The notes under the pieces were generated by a model. That model saw nothing but the letters and a program-made list of their open reading frames with translations. It was not told where the DNA came from and searched no databases. A DNA stretch of 56,230 nt, counting the filler, from Squatina squatina (lineage: Eukaryota), in assembly GCA_031763465.1 (NCBI GenBank). It is 3 parts of 2 records of this genome, joined end to end, with 100 filler letters (N's around TTAATTAATTAA, not from the genome) between each part and the next. Parts side by side here need not be neighbours in the genome. Positions count along the whole stretch, not along the records: positions 17,349 to 42,702 come from JARFOE010000068.1; positions 42,803 to 56,230 come from JARFOE010000233.1; 1 more part is not named here. One strand, 5' to 3'. Positions within the stretch are counted from its first letter, which is position 1. Each line of letters begins with the position of its first letter. Below are positions 35,228 to 48,400 of this stretch, in pieces. The position numbers and the translations under genes are program-made.

Positions 35228-35813
35228 AAGAGGGCGAAATTGGCCTCTTTGCCCTTAACTGTTAGTGCCTTTGGAGCGGCGCTAATGCGGCATAACTGGT
35301 TTTGCGACTGGGTGTGGCGAGATCAACGCCTTCCACTAAATTCGGCAGGAGGTTAGTGGTGGCGTTGCGCCAGGATCTCCTACCCACAGAGATTGTGACA
35401 TCATTGCCGTACGCATCGCCCCGGAAGAAAAGTTGGCTCTTGCTCCCTGGTTGTGCACCTGCCGTTAACAACAGGTTGAGCAGTTGGGTTCCAGCCGGAT
35501 GTTAGCTGAAGGAGGGTTATTTAAAGACGCCACCATCCAGTTCACTTTTCCTGCTGCCTGTCAGTTTCACATAGGCAGACTGGCCTTTTGACCTAATTGA
35601 GCGATATGCAGTGTTCTGGCTCATCAAGATTTGTGAGTTTAATTGGGGACAACAATTGGATCCTTTTTTCAGGGCTGTGCTGGCACTGAACCTCGCCCTC
35701 CATTGTCATCGTCAGAGGCAACTGAAGCAGAGAGAAACACTGCAAAATGTGGCCATAGGTAGCAGGCCCCACAGGGCTCTCAATAGAAGGCCTTACCCTC
35801 CCAGTGTATTACG
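35228..35813 (+). mobile_element. Probable PIF/Harbinger transposon 5' end, truncated by a CR1 insertion
   Basis: taa|gagggcgaaattgg terminus, GC-rich subterminal region, and AVLAL...RQRQLKQR...RALNRRPYPPSV resembling the N-terminus of fish/shark HARBI1-like transposases (from memory). Confidence 0.5.
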
Positions 35814-36752
35814 TAGGAACATAAGAAATAAGAGCAGGAATAGGCCATTCGCCCCCTCGAGCCTGCTCCACCATTCAATGAGATCACGGCTGATCTGATT
35901 CTGACCTTAACTCCACTTTCCTGCCCATTCCCCATAACCTTTGACTCCCCTGTTGCTCAAAAATCTGTCTATCTCAGTCTTGAATATATTCAGTGACTCA
36001 GCCTCCACAGCTCTCTGGTAAAGAATTCCAAAGATTCACAACCCTGAGAGAAGAAATTCCTCCTCATCTCCATCCTAAATGGGTGACCCCTTATTCTGAG
36101 ACTGTGACCCCGAGTCCTGGACTCCCCCACGAGGGGAAACATCCTCTCAGTATTTACCCTGTCAAGTTCCCTCAGAATCTTATATGTTTCAATAAGATCA
36201 CCTCCCATTCTTCTAAACTCCACTGAGTATAGGCCCAACCTGCTCAACCTTTCCTCATAAGACAACCCTTCCACACCAGGAATCAACTGAGTGAAATTTC
36301 TCTGAACTGCCTCCAATGCAAGTATATCCTTCCTTAAATAAGGGGAACAAAACTGTGCGCAGAACTCTAGGTGTGGTCTCACCAGTGCCCTTTACAGCTA
36401 TAGCAAGACTTCCCTACTTTTATACACCATTCCCCTTGAAATAAAGGCCAACATTCCATTTGCCTTCCCAATCACCTGCTGCACCTGCAAGCTAACTTTC
36501 ATGTATGAGGACATCTAAATCCCTCTGTAGTCTTTCTCCATTTAAGTAATATTTTGCCTTTCTATCCTTCCTACCAAAGTGGATAACTTCACATTTTCCT
36601 ACATGATACACCATCTGGCAAATTTTTTGCCCACTCACTTAACCTATCTATATCCCTTTGCAGACTCATTGTGCCCTCCTCACAGCTTGCTTTCCCACCT
36701 ATCTTTGTATCATCAGCAAATTTGGCTACAATACACTCGCTTCCTTCACCCA
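35814..36752 (-). mobile_element. CR1 LINE 3' ~0.9 kb
   Basis: RPHLEFCAQFCSPYLRKDILALEAVQRNFTQLIPG...MRRNFFSQ plus the tail. Confidence 0.92.
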
Positions 36753-36866
36753 AGTGACTAGTGGGGNNNNNNNNNNNNNNNNNNNNNNNNNNNNNNNNNN
36801 NNNNNNNNNNNNNNNNNNNNNNNNNNNNNNNNNNNNNNNNNNNNNNNNNNNNNNNNNNNNNNNNNN

Positions 36867-37160
36867 CATGGAATTAAGGGGAAAGTGGTGGTATGGATGC
36901 AAAAAATCGGCTCAGTGACGGGAAGCAAAGGATGGTGGTGGATGTATGTTTTTCAGACTGAGGTGGTTTGTAGTGGTGTTTCCCCAGGGTCAGCTTTTGG
37001 TCCATTACTCTTTCCAATTTTTATAAACTACCTCAACTCAGGTGTAGGGAGCAGCATTATAAAGCTCGCAGATGATGTGAAACTTGGCAAAGTAGTAGAT
37101 CATAATGAAGATAGTTCTAAGCTTCAGGATGACGTAGACAGGATGGTGAAATGGGCAGAA
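36867..37160 (+). mobile_element. CR1 RT core fragment
   Basis: SGVSPGSAFGPLLFPIFINYL...KLADDVKL...KLQDDVDRMVKWAE. Confidence 0.85.
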
Positions 37161-37406
37161 GCAATACCTGACCTCATTTGCCATCTGCACAGATACCTTT
37201 CCAGCAAGAATCTCTGGATAGTGATCAGGAGCCAGAGTCCTGGCTGATCTCTCTCCTCCTAGTTCCAGAGGTGCCAGTGATAATTGTAGCCCCTTCCTGC
37301 TAACCTTAGCTGAGATTCAGACCCTGGAATTTAATCTGGGACTTGCTGGTGTGTAGGGCTCACACAAAGGACCAGACAAATGACGATTCACTTGATTGTG
37401 CCCTAG

Positions 37407-37612
37407 GTCGTGGAGGAATAGTGGGTCGTGGTAGAGGTGGCTTCCCTGGTCGAGGCAGGGGCCGGGGGCGAGGAAGAGGAGCAACCCGTCCCCCACTGAC
37501 TCGTGAGCAGCTGGACAATCAACTGGATGCATACATGTCGAAGACCAAGGGTCACCTTGATGCTGAGCTTGATGCTTACATGGCACAAGCAGATGGCGAA
37601 GCGAATGATTAG
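37407..37612 (+). CDS. CHTOP: CHTOP terminal exon (GAR/RGG region and C-terminal duplicated LDAYM motif); 3' UTR follows to the gap at ~38044
   Basis: ccctag|GT CGT: [68 protein letters not shown]. Confidence 0.95.
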
Positions 37613-38254
37613 CAACATTCACTTGGAAGATGCTAGTTTTACTGATAGTATTTGAACTTGAATTTGAGAATCTAGAGAAACTACACAATAAACGGAAAGA
37701 AGACTTGTCACTGTTCGGGAAACGAGATAAGCTGTATTTGCACTGCTGACAATTGGTCTGATGTCAAAGGTTTCGCTTTTTAATTCCTTTTCTTTGACCT
37801 TTTTACATTTTGAAAAGTTCATGGTTCTGTTTGAAACCCCTCTGTTCTTTTCGATTGTGTAATGATCATGATACTGTATAAAGTTTACTCTCTTTAGAGA
37901 CTGAGGACATTGTAGTTTCAGAAAGGTCGTTTTTACTGTGTGACGGCCTCCCCAGTCCTTGTTTTTAGAGTGGAGACTACATTAACATTCTGCCACTTTG
38001 TGGTGGAATCTGTTTATCATAAAACTTTAGAATTCTAAAGATCTNNNNNNNNNNNNNNNNNNNNNNNNNNNNNNNNNNNNNNNNNNNNNNNNNNNNNNNN
38101 NNNNNNNNNNNNNNNNNNNNNNNNNNNNNNNNNNNNNNNNNNNNTCCCACGCAACTATTCAAACAACAGGCCGCTATTTATCCATCAATCAACATCCTTT
38201 AAACTGATAATTTAGCTCATTGCTGTCAGTGGGATCTTGCTTTGCGCAACTGAG

Positions 38255-38575
38255 CCAGCGAAGCACGTGATCCCAATTTCAGGCTCTCCTTACGGACACG
38301 CCCCCTCGTTATCCGGCAGCTGATTGGACGATATTGCCGGTGACGCGTTTGGTCCCGCCGCGTCCAGCCGTCAATCAGCGGCCGCGCGAGTGACGTAACG
38401 GTCGCACCCCGTGTGTGCGATGTAAACCTCATCGTAATTGGCCAAAGTTACCTGAGTGCCGATCGTGGATTGGCCATGAGCCGAAGGAGCGCTGAGAGGT
38501 GGGCGCGGATTGGTGGAGCGGGCTGGCGCCGCACGCGGGCGCAGACGCTCATTGTTGTTGTTGTTGTGGTGAGGT
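38255..38575 (+). promoter_or_regulatory. CpG-island promoter with a probable non-coding first exon
   Basis: High CpG density, four ATTGG (inverted CCAAT) boxes, TGACGT/TGACGC CRE-like sites, a GC box (acgcccc), (TTG)n, then a donor-like gtgag|gtacct. Confidence 0.7.
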
Positions 38576-39270
38576 ACCTCACCCTCATCAACACATATCA
38601 AAAAATCCCAGGCTTTATGTCCACAATTTACCAATACAGTTGGCAGCAGGCAAAATCGTTCACCCCAGACAAGGACTCAAAAATACTACCCTTATACCTG
38701 TTGCAGCATGAGGTCTTTGCATTTTTGTGTTTAAACTTAGCTCTAGCATTCACAGGAAGTGAAAATGAGACAGCTCAGAATGAACTTAATTCAACTTTGC
38801 TCAGAAAATTCTCATGAAGTTAACTTCTGAAACTTGGTAACTCTTCAAATTAAGTCGACGGGAAAGGGTACTTTCTGCTAATGGATGGATTAGGAGAGTT
38901 ATATTTTCCGATAAGAAGGATTCACAATTATTGAAACACTCCGCAGTTATGCAAATGTTCTTATCAGTCAGTCCCTCCAGAAACTGGAAACAAAGCTTCA
39001 CCTAAACCAAAAGCAATAGCTTCTCAAGGTGAATCTGTTTACTATCATCACAAGGGTAATTTCTTGATGAATACGAGATTGCATCCGGACTGACCACTAA
39101 ATTGTGAAGCAAGTATCTTATTCCGGACACGATTGTTTGGAATTTCCTGATGGTCAGAAGTGTGATGTTCTATTTATGCTACGATTGGCTTTTCCACACA
39201 TACAGCGACTATTCACATGGTCTGGAGTGGTGAGCCTTTAAGTGATGACACTAGTTAATCTTAACCGCAC

Positions 39271-39426
39271 TCACTGGTCCAACAGTTGGTCAAAATTATC
39301 CTCCAGTTGCATCTTCTTGTGTTTGAGGGTTTCAGGAATGGGGTCTTCATCCTCACTTTCTCCACTCACCGAGCTCACCTCCATCTCCACCTTTCCAAGT
39401 TGGAGGGCTGCATTTGGAACTGTACT
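39271..39426 (-). CDS. Candidate last coding exon of an unidentified gene (51 aa, below the ORF-track cutoff)
   Basis: tttgctttctaaag| then STVPNAALQLGKVEMEVSSVSGESEDEDPIPETLKHKKMQLEDNFDQLLDQ*, with protein-like composition and a CA|gtgagt donor overlapping the stop. Confidence 0.6.
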   Translation of the reverse strand, partial: STVPNAALQLGKVEMEVSSVSGESEDEDPIPETLKHKKMQLEDNFDQLLDQ

Positions 39427-39857
39427 CTTTAGAAAGCAAAGCAAGAGGAGAGTTAAAAGTTATGGGAAATGGGCAGGAAAGTGACATGATGGTCAGAATC
39501 AGATCAGCCATGATCTCATTGAATGTCAGAGCAGGTTCGAGGGGCCAAATGGCCTACTCCTGCTCCTATTTCTTATATTATTGTCCATTGCAAATTCCAG
39601 GCCTTTATTGTTGGTTCAGGTGGTAGCAATGCTCTCTGGTTGCAGAAGGGTTTGAGTCTCTCAGTCAAACATTGGCCAATACTCCAGTGTACTACTGAGG
39701 GAACATTGCATTGGTAGAGGTACCCCAGGTGCAAGAGGAAGACTTTGTTGGTTCGAGNNNNNNNNNNNNNNNNNNNNNNNNNNNNNNNNNNNNNNNNNNN
39801 NNNNNNNNNNNNNNNNNNNNNNNNNNNNNNNNNNNNNNNNNNNNNNNNNNNNNNNNN

Positions 39858-40335
39858 TAATATATTACCCCCAATCCCATGATCCCTAATTTTGTTTAAT
39901 AACCTCTTGTGTGGGGGACCTTATCGAAAACCTTTTGAAAATCCAAATACACCACATCCACTGGTTTCCCCCTTATCTATATTCTGCTAGTTACAATCTC
40001 AAAAAACTCTTAGAGTTGTCAAACTTGATTTCCTTTTCATAAATCCATGTTGACTCTGCCGAATTCTATTATTTTCCAAGTGTCCTGTTACCACATCCTT
40101 GATAATAGATTTGATATCATTTTCCCGAGCGTTTTCATCCCAGAAATCAATTTAGTGAACCTTTATTGCACTGCCTCTGAAGCAAGTGTGTCCTTCTTCA
40201 GATAAGGAGACCAAAACTGTGCACAGTACTCCAGGTAGCAAGACTTCTTTACTCTTGTACTGTAACCTCTTGCAATAAAAGACAACATGCCATTGGCCTT
40301 CCTAATTGCTTGGGGTACCTGCATGCAAACTCTCT
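39858..40335 (-). mobile_element. CR1 RT fragments
   Basis: gaaaatccaaatacaccacatccactgg (PVDVVYLDFQK on minus) and ggagaccaaaactgtgcacagtactccagg (LEYCAQFWSP). Confidence 0.8.
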
Positions 40336-40904
40336 GGGTTAGACATTCAGCTCCTGTTGCGCCCCATTAGCACCTTTGAGGCGCGTGACAGGAAAAAATT
40401 GCGCCAGACGTCACACACAGCGCGCTGATGTTAGCAGTGGGGCCTGGCCTCCCTTAAAGGGGAGGGCCGCCGGCCATCCTGACGGACCCCGCGGCCTGCC
40501 ACTGGGCCACCAGGGACGGCGGCGATTGGGAAACCAGCTAGTCGGCATGCCAGGCGAGGGGATGGTGGCCCAATTGGGCTGCGGGCTGCCATCAATTGGT
40601 CAACATGAGAGTTGGCTGATTAAAACAAAATGGCGGCCACAGGCGCACAAGCCCTCCCCTCTAAGAGGGTCGTTGCAGTGACAGAAACGGAGCGCAAAGG
40701 GGGTCACGGCTGCGCAGTGTGGGTCAGTGCTGACTCGCTGCGGAATTCGCCGGGCCAGGCCTTTGCGCCCCAGGCGAATTCCTCAGGAGGCGAGATGGCT
40801 GCTTNNNNNNNNNNNNNNNNNNNNNNNNNNNNNNNNNNNNNNNNNNNNNNNNNNNNNNNNNNNNNNNNNNNNNNNNNNNNNNNNNNNNNNNNNNNNNNNN
40901 NNNN

Positions 40905-41075
40905 CCCAACTGGTTCAGTAATGTCCTTCGGGGAAGGAAACCTGCTGTCCTTACCTGGTCTGGCCCCAGACCCATAGTAATGCGATTGACTCTTAACTGC
41001 CCCTCTGAAATGCCCTTGCAGGGCAGTGCGGGATGGGCAATCGCCTTACCAGCGATGTCCACAGACTGAATTATT
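40905..41075 (+). mobile_element. SINE body and 3' tail related to the second LINE family
   Basis: ctggttcagtaatgtccttcggggaaggaaacctgctgtccttacctggtctgg...ctctgaaatg is homologous to the reverse complement of 24930-25040. Confidence 0.65.
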
Positions 41076-41266
41076 TTTTTTTTTAAATGGCCTGTTTCTG
41101 TGCTGTATATTCTATGTAAGTTGTTTGAACTTAGTCTTCTGACTCGAGGCAAGAATGCTACTGACTGAGCCAAACTGATGCATAGTTTAACTAGTGGGTG
41201 TGACTATTTTCTAGAACTGTCTAAGCAATATTCATTTTCTGGCTTGTTACAGGGGCAAGCTGCACT

Positions 41267-41503
41267 ATGTCTTTGAATCCTCCCACCAGCAATGATGCGT
41301 GCTTGAGCATCGTGCACAGCCTGATGTGCCATCGGCAAGGTGGGGAGAATGAGACCTTTGCTAAACGTGCCATTGAGAGTTTGGTGAAGAAGCTCAAAGA
41401 AAAGAAAGACGAGTTGGACTCGCTGATTACTGCCATTACAACGAATGGAGCACATCCCAGCAAATGTGTAACAATCCAGCGCACCCTGGACGGGCGACTA
41501 CAA
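41267..41503 (+). CDS. SMAD4: SMAD4-family co-SMAD, first MH1 exon; likely the SMAD10/SMAD4beta paralogue
   Basis: ttacag| at 41252, then [79 protein letters not shown]|gttagt, with the same intron position as SMAD4. The family is clear; the paralogue is inferred. Confidence 0.93.
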
Positions 41504-42702
41504 GTTAGTACAAATCTGAACTGTGGATTTTATAACTATGCTGTTCATTTAAAATACATCCGTGCTTCACAACATTACTTTTTAAAGTGCAGTAAAGCAG
41601 CCATTCTGGGCCAGCAGTGCCCCACAGCAACCATGAGATGAATGACCAGTTTGGTGGTCTTTGTTGTGAGAGGAATGTTGATACTGAACACGGGTAGACC
41701 ATCCTGTTCTTTAAACATAGCCAGGATATCTTCTCAAGTCTGTCTGAACCACTGGAATTGGGCTTTGGCCTCATCCAGAGAAATCCACCCCCTGCCCTAC
41801 AGATAAGTGCCCTCCCCTCCCCTCATTGCTGGACAGTGGCACTGTCCAGTAGGGGTGCATTGTCCTTCAACTGCCTATCCAACCTAATTCTTTAAATGTT
41901 AACGTGGTCTCTGCTTCAATCACTTATTTGGTAAAGCATTCCNNNNNNNNNNNNNNNNNNNNNNNNNNNNNNNNNNNNNNNNNNNNNNNNNNNNNNNNNN
42001 NNNNNNNNNNNNNNNNNNNNNNNNNNNNNNNNNNNNNNNNNNGGGAACCAGCTGAGAGGGGAAGACTGTTTTGTCTGGAGCAGCGTGGCATCCAGTCCTT
42101 CAGGGAGGAGCGAACCCAACACAAAGCTTTTCAAAAGGCAGCATGGATCTGGTGGGATTAAAGGCAGTTTCAGGTTCAGTGACCCTGCATGGAAGTGGAA
42201 GAAACAACAAAAGAGCTTTAAAATTGAAGCCTCATCCAAGCAACTCCCTCACTTTTACAGTCCTGTTGACTCACAATATTTATTTCTGTGCCAAGCTACA
42301 ATGGCACAGGAAAGCAGAGTAATCTGTGTCTAAAGTGGGTGCCAGAATGAAACTGAGAATGAAACATTGAAAGTCTAAAAATTGCCTTCCCCTGATGTCT
42401 TGGTGAGTAACTGCACCACCCACTGCAGTGAGACGCACTCACCAGGTGAGTAACTGTCTAGTCACGGTACTCCACGAGTGTGGGGCAGGTTTAATGGACC
42501 AGCTGGTCTTTTCCTGCCTGTGATTTTCGTCGACAAGTCAAATGTCGCATTCAATGTAGATGGTATATTCTCTTCAGGAATACTGGAGAAAGACCCCAAT
42601 TTCTCTCTTCTTCCCCCTCCTGTGCCCCATTAAACACTTAAATTCTCCAATGACCTGTTGGGTAAAGATACTGCTAATACAATGCTGAGCCATACAGACA
42701 GT

Positions 42703-42802
42703 NNNNNNNNNNNNNNNNNNNNNNNNNNNNNNNNNNNNNNNNNNNNTTAATTAATTAANNNNNNNNNNNNNNNNNNNNNNNNNNNNNNNNNNNNNNNNNN
42801 NN
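42703..42802. other. Synthetic scaffold-joining spacer (N44-TTAATTAATTAA-N44)
   Basis: Same construct as 17249-17348. Confidence 0.95.
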
Positions 42803-43179
42803 GAACCATGCTTTACATTTGACGAGGCCAAGTCCTGTGACCATGTTTAGGATGAGATTAAAATTCTGTTGATGCTTCTTGAAGCTTTTCAAAATATTGT
42901 CCCTCCACCCCACCCCCTTCAAAAAAGGCAGATCCTGGAACTTCCTATTTTAGTTCTGCTGGAAAGCCTGAGATTTTTAGTGGTAATATTTATGTAACAA
43001 TACCTTGACAGCAGTCCTGGTCTTTCAGTCAAGAGCATCCATGCTGGAGTAGTTTGCCTCTTTTGACAATATTCTTTGTTTCAGCTTGAATGCTGTTTTA
43101 TTTGCACTGAAGCCTGGGCTGATTAATCACCTATATGGGGAAATCATCAGCTTATGAATAAAAACCAAAGAAAAAAATA

Positions 43180-43605
43180 AACCAACTTGCATTTATATAG
43201 TGCCTTTTACAGCACCAGGACATCCCAAAGGTTTTCACATTAGTAGATTACTTTTGAACTGTTGTTGCGTGGGCAAATGCAGTAGCCAATTTGCATACAG
43301 CAAGGTCCCACAAACAATGAAATACAGTAAATGGTTAGTTAATCTGTTTTCAGTGGTGTTGATTGAAGAATACATTTTGGCCAGGAAGAACTCCTCAGCT
43401 CTTAAGTGAATAGTGCCATGGGATCTTTTCTGTCCACTTTCAACAGAATTTATATTCAAAGGAAAGCATCTCGTATGATGTAGCACTCCCTCGGTTCTGC
43501 ACTGAACTGTCAGCCTCGGAGTATGTGCTGAAATCCCTGGAGTGCGTCGTGAACCTACAAACTTCTGACTTGGAGGTGAAAATGCTACCGCCGAGCCACA
43601 CTGAC
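43180..43605 (-). mobile_element. Near full-length Deu-domain SINE (SacSINE1-like)
   Basis: tRNA-like head at the right end (gtggctcggcggtagca...ggttcacga on minus), central gtgccatgggatctttt...gcactccctcggttctgcactg, and an L2-like tail gcactatataaatgcaagtt. Partial copies at ~33700, ~39680 and ~41580. Confidence 0.7.
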
Positions 43606-43809
43606 ACTAAACTCCATACAGTCTGTAGAAAATCCTTTGCAGGGAACAAAACTCCACACAAAAGTATTTCTACATACTACATGCCATATGGAATGAACTG
43701 AAGACCAAAAAAGGGGCAATCGCACTACTGGGGGTGCACTATAGGTCAATGTTTTTTGTAAACTGTGCAGGCATCCGGCTTGCTGGCAGCCGGATTAAAC
43801 CAGCAAGAA

Positions 43810-44672
43810 ATATAAAAACAAATTGAAAGAGCTTCTACAAGTCTGCAAAAAGGAAGAGAGTAGCAAAAGTAAACGTTGGTCCCTTAGAGGCTGAGGCAGA
43901 TGAAATTATAATGGGTAATAAGGAAATGGCAGAGACTTTATAGAAATATTTTGTATCTTTCTTCACAATAAAAGACACAAAAAGCATACCAAAAATAGTG
44001 GGGAACCCAGGGGCTAATAACAGCGAGACTTTAAGTAATTAATATCAGTAGAGAAACTGTACTTGAGAAACTGATGGGACTAAATGTCGACAAATCCCCT
44101 GGACCTGATGGCCTAAGTCCAAGGATTCTATAAGAGGTGGATGCGGAGATAGTGGAACTGTTGGTTGTGATCTTCCAAAATTACCTCGATTCGAGAACAG
44201 TCCCANNNNNNNNNNNNNNNNNNNNNNNNNNNNNNNNNNNNNNNNNNNNNNNNNNNNNNNNNNNNNNNNNNNNNNNNNNNNNNNNNNNNNNNNNNNNNNN
44301 NNNNNTGAGGGAAGACTTAGTTGAGGTGTATAAAATTATGAGGGTCCTAGATAGAGTGGATAGGAAAGACCTATTCCCCGTGGCAGTGTGGTCATAAATC
44401 GGGGGGCCTAGTTTTAAGGTGATTGATGGAAGGATTAGAGGGAAGTTGAGGAGAACCTTTTTCACCCAGAGGGCGGTGGGGTCTGGAACTCACTGCCTGA
44501 GGCAGAAACCCTCATTGCATTTAAAAAGTACTTGCATATGCACTTGAAGTGCCATAACCTACAGGGCTACAGGCCAAGAGCTGAAAAGTGGGATGAGGCT
44601 GGACAGTTCTTTTTCCAGCCAGCACAGACACATTGGGCCGAATGGCCTCCTTCTGTGCTGTAAATTTCTATG
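43810..44672 (+). mobile_element. CR1 ORF2 fragments and 3' end
   Basis: DKSPGPDG, EIVELLVVIFQN, DLVEVYKIMRVLDRVDRKDLFP and the tail gggccgaatggcctccttctgtgctg. Confidence 0.88.
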
Positions 44673-47538
44673 AGTCGATGTTCACAAGTATGGTTGTTTT
44701 AATATTTTACAGCTAAGATAATACCAGTATATAGCAGCATTTATACCAATTGATAGAACAAGCAACAATCAGCAAGGATTGTGCTGTAACTTTACAAATA
44801 TATCCAACCTTTCTGACACTTCCATTCTAAAGAAATGCTGAATCACCTTTAACCTAACGATGACCTCCAGCTAACATGCATATCACTGTGCTTTAGAATG
44901 AGTGGTCTGTTTTTAATAAAAAATCACAAAATATAGACACACACGTACACATCAAAACTTCAGTTCCAAAAGTCAAACACACTGTTCTCATTGGTCAACC
45001 ACAGAACACTGCTGCAACATTTCTTTCATCCCCTACTCCCTGGTCCATAATAAAAGTGCTGACCAAATATCTGCTGTTATCTCACTCAGCAAACAAGATA
45101 TTCAACTCAGCCCCCTGCTCCAACAAGAAGATAGCCCAGTGGAGTGGGAGGTTGGAAAAAAAAACCATCATCCAAATGTGGAAGATCACTCAATTCTCCA
45201 TGTGACAAGTTCATCATTTCATCTGCATCACAGGAGAGACATTGAACAGGAGGCAGTCATGGCTAGTTCTTGTACCACCAAAAAAGGGTCTGACAACTGG
45301 CCCCAAAGTTGATGTTATTCCGAAAGTCTGAAACAAATCAACTCATCATACAACTAACGTATTCTTTCAACAAGTACTTTTCAAACTAAATTTGGAGAGG
45401 ACTGTGGGTTCATAATTTCAGAACATCCTGTAATTACCAAGAATTTATTTCCGAATTATTGTGTTCTTTTATGGATAATTTGCTTCAGCTCCGAACATAT
45501 GAGAAATCCACAAAGTTAAATTTTAAATCATGTTGGTTGTTGAGTAAAAAAAGCTATATTCTGAAGCACTGTAGAAAGGCCTTGAATTCAAAAAATTCAC
45601 CAGTTCTTTATTCTCAAAGTCTCTGGCTCCTCACTGTCACTGGTGGCAATCTTTCAGTTATGTCACAGGGCAGCTGGAGCACACACAAGATATTGTCAGA
45701 GATGAAACACAAGTACAGTACATTCCAAATACCCTAATATGAAAAAAGCTCTGCTCAAAATTGATATATAATCCAAAATATATGCTGTGCATCTATCGTT
45801 ATGAGAGAAAATTAAGGTAGGGTTAAGCTAAAAGCTATTGCAATAACAGATTAATATAACCTAGCCTTCCTTTAACCAATAAAACAGTCTCAGTTGTTAC
45901 CAGGCAGGAAAGTATGCTTTTTTCAATCTCATTACAAAACAGTTTGTGAAGAAAGTAAGTTAATCTTCTCAGTCCTTAGTCTGCCTGCATCCAAGATCCA
46001 TACTTAATCCCTTAATGTTACATCTCTGTTCAAAAATGGGGAAAAAGAATGATCCATGAGAAAGGCANNNNNNNNNNNNNNNNNNNNNNNNNNNNNNNNN
46101 NNNNNNNNNNNNNNNNNNNNNNNNNNNNNNNNNNNNNNNNNNNNNNNNNNNNNNNNNNNNNNNNNNNACACACAACTGAACTCAGTCAAAACCAGTGCAT
46201 ATTTTCACCGCCTGAAATAAAATAAAGTTCACTCGGTATGAACCTCTTGCTTTTATCATTAAAAGTATTGTTCCACCCTTAATGTGAGGCAGTCATATAT
46301 TCCCATGATGTTGCCCTTACTGCTTATTTGGATATTTTTCCCTCTGACAAAGTTTGTGCAATAGGATCTCTGTTGGTGGCTGCTGTGATCAAGTAATCCA
46401 TTTAATTATTTAATCCGAGGCATAATACCTCTCATTATATAATTGCCATTCTTTATTTTACAGCACGGTCCAGCACATGATACAGTTAACTTAAAATGTT
46501 TGTCTACTTTTGGCCTCATAACCATTCAAGACTCATTCCAGCAATACTCTGTTGATCTTGTGAGAGTTACTGGTCTGTGCACGATTTCTCAAAAGTGAAA
46601 AACAGCGTGGAAGACTTTATGAAGTCCCAGTTTATGAAATGCTGTTATATGCAATCAATGTTCTGGAAGAAATATCAAATGTATTATTTTTTAATTTGTT
46701 GGCTGGGACATTAACCAAAGAAAGTTATTCAATCTCCCCATCCAAAACATGCACAAAAAGCACATTAAATCATTGGATGACTGGTTCAGGTAATTTACAT
46801 TTATCTACAACTGTCCAATCCTTGTGTTCCTGCAACTTGCATCGTCTGGTTAAACACAGCAACAACACATCACCTAACAATGTCACCTGATAAAATAAAT
46901 CTATGTATTGAGAACACACCATATATGTTTTCCTACATAAGCAATGCTTCAAGACAAATTTGACAATATCTCAAATGCACATCTTACATACTGCAAGTGT
47001 ATGAGCATTTCCTTTATATTCAGTTGTGTCCAAATGGTCCGGATGAAAAATGAAAGGCTTAATATCTAAAGATTCCAATGACATGAACATTGTGGATAAA
47101 CTCTATACACCCCAGATTACAGAAATTAGTCAAACATGTTCACATTACTATTCTAATGTAAAATGGCTCAATTTAAAGGGTTCCAATTATCACTTCAATG
47201 CAAGATATCACTGCAAACGGGTCGTCTATTTTGGTGACTGCATGCAAGATACTCTAATTTCTAAAGAATAACCTTTACTCCCTTGCATTCCAATTTTGGG
47301 TTGTGCACCTAGAACTGAAAACAATGTCGCCAAAATTCGTTTATCATCATAACTCCTCTTACCACATTAAAGTAAATAAATAAACCCGCACCCCACTGCA
47401 CAGACCCGACTGGCTTATTAAAAACGGGACACACACACTCTGTTACATTGTCATAGTGGAGCGCGGGTGGCGGTGTCCAGTCGGGAGGGGGAATCTGATT
47501 AAAATTTTAAAAATCACGTTTACTATTTATATTTTTTA

Positions 47539-48400
<862 letters not shown>

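Noticed and set aside
42043-42333. Short open frames downstream of the SMAD exon
   Set aside because: No SMAD linker or MH2 similarity and no clear splice boundaries.
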